Assembly: GCA_963741945.1 (NCBI GenBank)
Contig: CAVUKA010000005.1
Span: 96,001-160,000 of the forward strand
Source of the DNA: an uncultured Gemmatimonadales bacterium
GTDB lineage: Bacteria > Gemmatimonadota > Gemmatimonadetes > Longimicrobiales > RSA9
Direction: 5' to 3'
DNA length: 64,000 bases
Shown: positions 57,752-64,000 of the stretch, piece after piece
How the letters are laid out: each line of letters starts with the position of its first letter
Numbering within the stretch: position 1 is the first letter of the stretch
The notes under the pieces: model-generated
What the model was told of the DNA's origin: nothing
What the model saw: the letters and a program-made list of their open reading frames with translations, nothing else
Databases searched by the model: none
Program-made: the position numbers and the translations under genes

Positions 57752-58624
57752 ATGGCCCGGCTGTACGGTCCGGAGCCGGGCGAGCCGCCTCCTCTCATCG
57801 CCACGGAGGACCTCGCCGGTCTGTCGGTGGATGACGTGGACGGGCGCCCGGTGGGCGGGCTGGTGGGCGCTCTCTCCGAGAAGCGGACCGGGCTGATCCG
57901 GTACCTCGATCTCGCCCTCGCCGACCGGCCCAAGCACGTGCTGGTTCCCATCGGCCACGCGCGCTTCGAGCGCCAGCGTGTGCCGCCCCGCGTGAGGCTC
58001 CGCGCCGCCACACACGAGGATCTCCACGCGGTTCCCGCGTACGACGGCAGCCCTGCCGGCCTGGACGCCGGCTATCAGGAGAGTGTCCTCCAGGCCACCG
58101 GTCGGCTCTTCTACGGCAGCCGCTACTACGCTCACCCCGCGTTCGATCACGCGGCGATCTACCCGGGCGACCACGCCGTCGAAGGGCCGGAGCCCGGGGC
58201 TGGCGAGCCGGAGACCCCATCGGTCCGGCCACTTTCCGACCTCCCCGACTTCCGCGTGGCGAAAGGGCAGCCGGACATCCGCGGACTCCCGCTCAAGGAT
58301 GCTCGTGGGGAGACGGTGGGTGAAATCACGGAGCTGCTCGTGGACCCGCGCGCGCGGAAAACGCGCTACGCGGTGATCCGGCTGGCGGACCTGCCACGCG
58401 AGGCTGCCCTGCCCATAGGATACCTGGATGCCGGCGGCGACCCTCCCGACGACCTCGTGACCCCGGCGCTGCGGCGGGAGGACATCCGCCTCCTCCCCGC
58501 GTACGAACCGCCCATGGATCGCCAGCAGGAGAACCGGATCCACGCAACGTTGGAGGGGCGCCTGAGCGGCAGTCGCTATTTCCAGCGACCGGACTTCCGT
58601 GGTACGGACGCGACGCTTCCCTGA
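57752..58624 (+). CDS. tandem PRC-barrel domain protein
   Basis: Two repeats of type D(I/L)xGxxxxDxxGxxVG...RY. Confidence 0.8.
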   Translation: MARLYGPEPGEPPPLIATEDLAGLSVDDVDGRPVGGLVGALSEKRTGLIRYLDLALADRPKHVLVPIGHARFERQRVPPRVRLRAATHEDLHAVPAYDGSPAGLDAGYQESVLQATGRLFYGSRYYAHPAFDHAAIYPGDHAVEGPEPGAGEPETPSVRPLSDLPDFRVAKGQPDIRGLPLKDARGETVGEITELLVDPRARKTRYAVIRLADLPREAALPIGYLDAGGDPPDDLVTPALRREDIRLLPAYEPPMDRQQENRIHATLEGRLSGSRYFQRPDFRGTDATLP

Positions 58625-58666
58625 CCGCCCGGCCGCTGACTGGCACCGCTGGTTCCGCTGGCGGTG

Positions 58667-59374
58667 TCAGAAGAGCCGATCGGCGAAGCCGGCCGCCGTT
58701 TCCCAGGCATCGAACCGCTCGGCCGCCTCGGCGCCGTGAGGCCCGCCGGCGGTCCGCAGCCTGTCGCGAAGCCACTCCGCTGGCGGCCAGCCCACCCGCT
58801 CCCGATAGAACGCCGCCAGCTCTTCGATCCGTACCACCTGGGCACTCACGTCCACCACGGCCTCCGGGAGCGTGGAATGCTGCCCCCGCAGCGTGAAGAC
58901 CGGGACAGGCTCCCGGTGCGGATTCGGCCCCACCACCCGTCCCAGCCGGGCAAGCGTTATGGCGTCCCGCACGATCTTCCCCGTGGCCTGATGGTCGGGA
59001 TGGCGCATGCCCCGCGCCCACGCGTCGCCCCACGTGATCACCGCGCCCGGCCGCACTTCGGCGATCACCCTGGCCACTTCCCTCGCCGCATCGGGGGTGG
59101 GCTCGATGCGCGTGTCAGGGAAATCCAGGAACCAGGGCTCCGCGCCCAGGATCGCCGCCGCCTGCTCCCCCTGTCGCGTTCGCCGCTCCGCCACCGCTTC
59201 CGGTGCCAGGTCCCCGTAGATCTCCGTCATCTCCCCGCGCGTGAGCCAGAGGAGCACGACCCGGTCTCCGGCGGCCGCGTGGCAGGCCATGGTGCCCGCG
59301 CACCCCATCTCGTCATCGGGGTGCGACAGGGCGACGAGCAGCGTCCTCAACGATCCCTCCAGTTGACGTTCCAT
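58667..59374 (-). CDS. PIG-L/LmbE-family deacetylase
   Basis: HPDDE, TRGE, HPDH. Confidence 0.9.
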   Translation of the reverse strand: MERQLEGSLRTLLVALSHPDDEMGCAGTMACHAAAGDRVVLLWLTRGEMTEIYGDLAPEAVAERRTRQGEQAAAILGAEPWFLDFPDTRIEPTPDAAREVARVIAEVRPGAVITWGDAWARGMRHPDHQATGKIVRDAITLARLGRVVGPNPHREPVPVFTLRGQHSTLPEAVVDVSAQVVRIEELAAFYRERVGWPPAEWLRDRLRTAGGPHGAEAAERFDAWETAAGFADRLF

Positions 59375-59400
59375 TCCATCTCCGTCATCATCGCGGCGCC

Positions 59401-59796
59401 ATGAAGCTCTTGCTCTCGCTGGCCTGCGAGGACGCCCGCGCGCGTCCCGACGGCCGTCTCGATTTCGTCGGCGTCTTCGATCGCCTCCAGGCCCCGGGCT
59501 TTCCCGCGGCCCAGGATCGCATGACGGTGGTCTTCGTCATGGAATGGTCCCCAACGGAGCGGGGGCGGCAGGAGTTCCAGGCCGACCTCCTGGACGACGA
59601 GGACCGCAAGGTCCTCACCATCAACGGGCATACGGATGTCGACCCGGCATCCGACGAGCCGGATCGCCCGCGCACCCGGCTGCTGATGCCACTGGAGAAG
59701 GTGGTCTTCCCACACGCGGGCGCGTATCGCTTCGTGCTGCGGGCAGGGGCGGAGACGCTGGAAGCGTTCTCGCTCAACGTCTCCGAGACCGGATAG
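59401..59796 (+). CDS. DUF6941-like hypothetical protein
   Basis: LACEDA...GRLDFVGVFD...FPHAGAY. Confidence 0.7.
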   Translation: MKLLLSLACEDARARPDGRLDFVGVFDRLQAPGFPAAQDRMTVVFVMEWSPTERGRQEFQADLLDDEDRKVLTINGHTDVDPASDEPDRPRTRLLMPLEKVVFPHAGAYRFVLRAGAETLEAFSLNVSETG

Positions 59797-59880
59797 CCGG
59801 CGCGGACCCCGGCCGCGACACGCGGGTAGTATCCGCCCGAAGCCACGAACCACCACCGTCCAGGCAGCGCCGGAGGGCCA

Positions 59881-60264
59881 GTGCAGGATTCCCAGTCGAC
59901 GTCGAGTGATACCATCCGCGTTCTCGCGGCGCTGTCCGACGAGAAGCGCTTTCGTATCGTCGAGCTGCTCGCGGGCGAGGATGCGGAAATGACGTGCGGC
60001 GCCATCGGCAGTGCCCTGGACCTCTCCCCGTCCCTGCTGTCGCACCACCTGGCCATCCTGGCCGAGGCGGGGATCATCGGCCGCCGCAAGAACGGGCTGT
60101 GGACCATGAACGTGCTTCAGCGGCCCGTGATCGCCCGCGAGGTGGAAAACCTGAAGTCGCTGCTGTCCACCAACGGCGACGGTGGCGGCATTGCCCGCGA
60201 CGCGGACGCCACGCCGGTGGCGCCGCCGCCACCCGAGGACGAGGGCGCTGTCGCCGGCTCATGA
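59881..60264 (+). CDS. ArsR/SmtB-family transcriptional regulator
   Basis: ALSDEKRFRIV...LSHHLAILAEAGII. Confidence 0.9.
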   Translation: MQDSQSTSSDTIRVLAALSDEKRFRIVELLAGEDAEMTCGAIGSALDLSPSLLSHHLAILAEAGIIGRRKNGLWTMNVLQRPVIAREVENLKSLLSTNGDGGGIARDADATPVAPPPPEDEGAVAGS

Positions 60265-61644
60265 GCCGGGGATTCCCGGCTCCGTCATGGACCGGGGATC
60301 CAGCACTTTCTCGAGCTCTTCTTCCGACAGCACTTCCCTTTCCCGCGCCAGATCGCGTACCGTCCGGTTCTCGCTGAAGGCTTCCTTCGCCAGGGACGCC
60401 GCGGCGTCGTAGCCAATGTGGGGGGCGAGCGCCGTGCCCAGGGACAGGTTCCCTTCGAGCAGCGCCCGGATCCGCTCGCGGTTGGCCACGATCCCATCCA
60501 CGCACCGCTCCGCCAGGACCTTCGACGCGTTTCCCAGGATCGTGATGGACTGCAGCAGCGCGTAGGCCATGACCGGCATCATCAGGTTCAGCTCGAAGTA
60601 GCCGCCGATCCCGCCCACGGTGATCGTGGTGTTGTTTCCCATGACCTGCGCGGCCACCATGGTGACGGCTTCAGGAATCACCGGGTTCACTTTGCCGGGC
60701 ATGATGCTCGACCCCGGCTGCGTGGTGGGGAGCGTGATCTCCGCCAGCCCCGCCCTGGGGCCGCTGCCGAGCCAGCGGATGTCGTTCGCGATCTTCATCA
60801 GCGATACGGCCAGCGTGTTCAGCGCGCCGTGCAGGTACACCACGGTGTCGCGCGTGCTCTGGCGCTCGAAGTGGTTTTCCGCTTCCCGGAAGTCCTCCCC
60901 CGTGGCTTCGGCGATGCGGGCAATGGTGCGGCGCGCGAACTCCGGATGCGTGTTGATCCCCGTCCCAACGGCCGTGCCCCCGAGGGGCAGCTCGCGCATG
61001 TCCTCGAGCGTCGCCCGGACTCGGCGGATCCCGTGCTCCACCTGGCTGGCGTAGCCGCCGAATTCCTGGCCCAGCCGCACCGGGGTGGCGTCCATCAGGT
61101 GCGTGCGACCCGACTTCACGATGCCATCGAACTCCTGTGCTTTCCGCTCCAGTGACTCCCGCAGCCGATCGAGCGCTGGCAGCAGTGCGCGCACCGACAG
61201 CAGCGTGGCCGAGACCTGCATGGCCGTGGGGATCACGTCGTTCGACGACTGCGCGTTGTTCACGTGATCGTTGGGGTGCACCTTCGAGCCCAGATGCCGG
61301 CTGGCCACGGTCGCGATCACTTCGTTCGCGTTCATGTTCGTGGACGTGCCGCTACCGGTCTGGAAGATGTCGATGGGGAACTGGCTGTCGTGCTCGCCGG
61401 CGATCACCTCCTCGGCCGCTTCCACGATGGCGTCGGCCAGCGGCTCGTTCAGCAGCCCCAGCTCCGCGTTCGTCTGCGCCGCCGCCCGTTTGATCATGCC
61501 GAGCGCGGCAATGAACTCGCGCGGGAAGCGCAGGTCGCTGATGGGGAAATTCTCCACTGCGCGCTGCGTCTGGGCGGCGTAGAGGGCATCGGCGGGAACC
61601 TTCATCTCGCCGAGCGAGTCCTTCTCGATCCGGTAGTCGGTCAT
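60259..61644 (-). CDS. fumC: class II fumarate hydratase
   Basis: QTGSGTSTNMNANE, GRTHLMDA, GSSIMPGKVNP. Confidence 0.95.
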   Translation of the reverse strand: MTDYRIEKDSLGEMKVPADALYAAQTQRAVENFPISDLRFPREFIAALGMIKRAAAQTNAELGLLNEPLADAIVEAAEEVIAGEHDSQFPIDIFQTGSGTSTNMNANEVIATVASRHLGSKVHPNDHVNNAQSSNDVIPTAMQVSATLLSVRALLPALDRLRESLERKAQEFDGIVKSGRTHLMDATPVRLGQEFGGYASQVEHGIRRVRATLEDMRELPLGGTAVGTGINTHPEFARRTIARIAEATGEDFREAENHFERQSTRDTVVYLHGALNTLAVSLMKIANDIRWLGSGPRAGLAEITLPTTQPGSSIMPGKVNPVIPEAVTMVAAQVMGNNTTITVGGIGGYFELNLMMPVMAYALLQSITILGNASKVLAERCVDGIVANRERIRALLEGNLSLGTALAPHIGYDAAASLAKEAFSENRTVRDLAREREVLSEEELEKVLDPRSMTEPGIPGS

Positions 61645-61724
61645 GGCGCGGTCGGGGCAACGGGAACGGGATGACGGAACGACGATACGTCCGTTGGTCG
61701 GTCCGGCGGTAGTGCAGCCATCCG

Positions 61725-62438
61725 CTACTTCCGCGGCGGACGGGAGGGGCGGACTTCGACCCGGCTGGGGAGCGTCCGGTCGGGAGTGGCCAGGAGGTCG
61801 AGCACGATGGCGCCGATGTCCTCGGGCTGGATCTTCCAGGCGTCGTCGCTGCCTGGGTCCGGGTGGGAGAACTCGCTCGCCACGCTGCCGGGCATGACAT
61901 AGCTGACGCGGATGCCGTCGTGTCGGACTTCCTGCATGAGCGCCTCGCTGAATCCCACGAGTCCGAACTTGCTCGCGTTGTACGCGGCGCCGCCCGGGAA
62001 CGCGTTCTTCCCGGCGAGGCTCGCGATGTTGATGATCCAGCCGCCTCCGCGCCGCTTGAGCAGCGGTATGGCCGCCCGGGACGCATGGAACACACCGCTG
62101 AGGTTCGTCTCGATCACGGCGTCCCAGGTCTCGGTGGTCATGTCCGCCACGCGCTCGAACCGGCCGATCCCGGCGTTGTTCACCAGGATGTCGACGCCTC
62201 CGAACGCCGCCACGGCCGCCTCCAGCAGCGCGTCGCAATCGGACGGGCTCCGGACATCGCACACCACGCCGCGCGCATCGCCGCCCAGCTCCTCGGCCGC
62301 CCGCGCAACATCCGCCTGGGTCCGTGCGCCCACCACCACCCGGGCACCCGCGCGCAGAAGCGCCTCCGCGATGGCGCGTCCGATCCCGCGGGTCCCTCCC
62401 GTCACCACGGCCACTTTGCCGTTCAGGTCCGGCTCCAT
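61725..62438 (-). CDS. SDR oxidoreductase
   Basis: TGGTRGIG, NNAG, YNASK. Confidence 0.9.
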   Translation of the reverse strand: MEPDLNGKVAVVTGGTRGIGRAIAEALLRAGARVVVGARTQADVARAAEELGGDARGVVCDVRSPSDCDALLEAAVAAFGGVDILVNNAGIGRFERVADMTTETWDAVIETNLSGVFHASRAAIPLLKRRGGGWIINIASLAGKNAFPGGAAYNASKFGLVGFSEALMQEVRHDGIRVSYVMPGSVASEFSHPDPGSDDAWKIQPEDIGAIVLDLLATPDRTLPSRVEVRPSRPPRK

Positions 62439-62620
62439 GCCACTGCTCCCGTCTCCGGTTCCTCTGTCTGCGAGCGTGATCCTGCCGCCCCCGGGCGCAA
62501 GGGCGCGCCCGGCCCCCGGCGTGCCGGAAGGACGGATGGGGCGGACGGTACAGCGTCGCATGCACGCCGCGAGCCAGACAGCCCGTTGTCCGCCTCACGC
62601 GGGCGGCGTAACCTTCCCGC

Positions 62621-63349
62621 ATGGATCTCCACGACCGCACTGCCCTGGTCACGGGAGGCGCACATCGCGTGGGCCGAGCCCTCGTTCTGGCGCTCGCCCG
62701 GGCCGGCGCCGATGTGGCCGTGCACTACCATTCGTCGGACGATGCAGCGCGGGACACGGTACGGGCCGTGGAAGCGCTGGGCCGCCGCGGGTGGGCCGTC
62801 GGCGCCAATCTGCTGGACGCGGCCGAGGCGGAAGCCCTTCCCGGGCGGGTGGCCGGACACTTCGGGGGGCTCGATGTCCTGGTGAACAGCGCCTCGCTGT
62901 TCGAGTCCGCGGCGTTCCTGGACGTGACCGCGGAAGACTGGGACCGCGTCATGGCCGTGAACCTGCGCGCGCCGTTCCTCCTCACGCGCGCCGCCACCCC
63001 CTTCCTCCAGGCGGCCGAGGGCGTGATCATCAACGTGGCGGACCTCGCGGGGCTGCAGGCGTGGCCGCGGTTCGCGCACCACGGTGTCTCGAAGGCGGGG
63101 CTGATCCACCTCACCCGGGTGACGGCCCGCGTCCTGGCGCCGCGGGTGCGCGTCAACTGTGTGGTGCCCGGAACCGTTCTGCCGCCGGACGACTATACCG
63201 AGGAGCAGATCGCCGCCACCGTCGAACGGACGGCCCTCAAGCGATTGGGGAGTCCGAGCGACGTCGTGGAGGCCATGATGTTCCTTGTCCGGTCGGATTT
63301 CGCAACGGGCTCCATTGTCACTGTGGATGGGGGCCGCCTGCTCAGGTAG
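62621..63349 (+). CDS. FolM/PTR1-like SDR (pteridine reductase-type)
   Basis: TGGAHRVG, VHYHSS, VNSAS, LAPRVRVN; HGVSK at the catalytic position. Confidence 0.75.
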   Translation: MDLHDRTALVTGGAHRVGRALVLALARAGADVAVHYHSSDDAARDTVRAVEALGRRGWAVGANLLDAAEAEALPGRVAGHFGGLDVLVNSASLFESAAFLDVTAEDWDRVMAVNLRAPFLLTRAATPFLQAAEGVIINVADLAGLQAWPRFAHHGVSKAGLIHLTRVTARVLAPRVRVNCVVPGTVLPPDDYTEEQIAATVERTALKRLGSPSDVVEAMMFLVRSDFATGSIVTVDGGRLLR

Positions 63350-63369
63350 CCACAGGAGGAGTCGCGCGC

Positions 63370-64000
63370 ATGAAGAAGCTGTTCGTCCGCTGGAAGCGCT
63401 GGGGCCGGATCCGGCGCGGCCTGTTCTCCGTGGTGCTGCTGCTCGCCCTGGCGACGGCGGGCGTCCTCACGTGGTCCGCACTCACGGTCACTGGCGTTCG
63501 CGGCGACGGCTGTCCGTCTCTTGCCGACCTGCGGGACTACCGTCCGCCCGAGGCCACCCGCGTGCTGGCCATGGACGGCTCGCTCGTGGCCGACCTCTCA
63601 CCCCAGCGCAGAATCGTGGTGGGGATGTCCGACATCCCGCCGCTCCTGCGCGAGGGGTTCATCGCCGTGGAGGACCGCCGCTTCTGGAACCACGGCGGCG
63701 TCGACCTGCGGGGAGTGGCGCGCGCCGCGTGGCACGACCTCCGTACGCTTTCGCTGTCGGAGGGCTCCAGCACGATCACCATGCAGCTCGCCCGCAGCAT
63801 CTTCCCGGAGCGGCTCCCGATGCGGGAGAAGCTGGGCCGCAAGCTGTGCGAGGTCTACCTGGCGCGCCGGATGGAGGCCGAGCTCCCCAAGCGGAGCATC
63901 CTCCAGATGTACCTCAACCAGATCTACCTGGGCGGCGGGCTGTACGGGGTGGAGGCCGCCGCGCAGGGGTACTTCGGCAAGCCAGCGCGGGCGCTGGACC
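63370..64000 (+). CDS. class A penicillin-binding protein (transglycosylase domain), 3'-partial
   Basis: AGGAGG RBS, TM helix, EDRRFWNHGGVD, GSSTITMQLAR, RKLCE, YLNQIYLG. Confidence 0.93.
   Translation, partial: MKKLFVRWKRWGRIRRGLFSVVLLLALATAGVLTWSALTVTGVRGDGCPSLADLRDYRPPEATRVLAMDGSLVADLSPQRRIVVGMSDIPPLLREGFIAVEDRRFWNHGGVDLRGVARAAWHDLRTLSLSEGSSTITMQLARSIFPERLPMREKLGRKLCEVYLARRMEAELPKRSILQMYLNQIYLGGGLYGVEAAAQGYFGKPARALD

Noticed and set aside
56279-58543. 754-aa minus-strand ORF as one protein
   Set aside because: Only the last ~105 codons are real (nfo C-terminus after the frameshift); the rest is off-frame or antisense
57752-58624. Photosynthetic reaction centre H subunit (puhA)
   Set aside because: PRC-barrels are widespread; no N-terminal TM helix and no puf/bch genes in the window

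Overview
High-GC bacterial chromosomal window; the gene content and order suggest Gemmatimonadota, which is an inference and was not tested. It is mostly densely packed housekeeping and metabolic genes: a prenyl synthase/phytoene synthase fusion, peptide uptake and peptidases, a pho locus, ECF sigma modules, Lon, a long coupled operon (acyl-CoA ligase-cutA-TPR-macro-transglutaminase-ABC-CysQ), a pterin operon, nfo, fumC and a PBP1A. A stable-RNA operon lies on the minus strand: sigma70 promoter, tRNA-Arg(ACG), rnpB, about 3.7 tandem 101-bp units that each carry the leader and first 18 nt of the downstream tRNA, tRNA-Arg(CCG), terminator. A probable 6S RNA and a second unidentified structured element sit upstream of the pterin operon. 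The most notable observations are the tRNA-5'-head tandem array behind rnpB, a Lon with a degenerate AAA+ motor but an intact protease site, a folE operon with two different PTPS types, the unidentified ~108-nt structured element, and the CrtE-CrtB-membrane/extra-domain fusion. No integrase, transposase, cas gene or true CRISPR array was seen. All calls come from motif reading by eye; no database searches were run.
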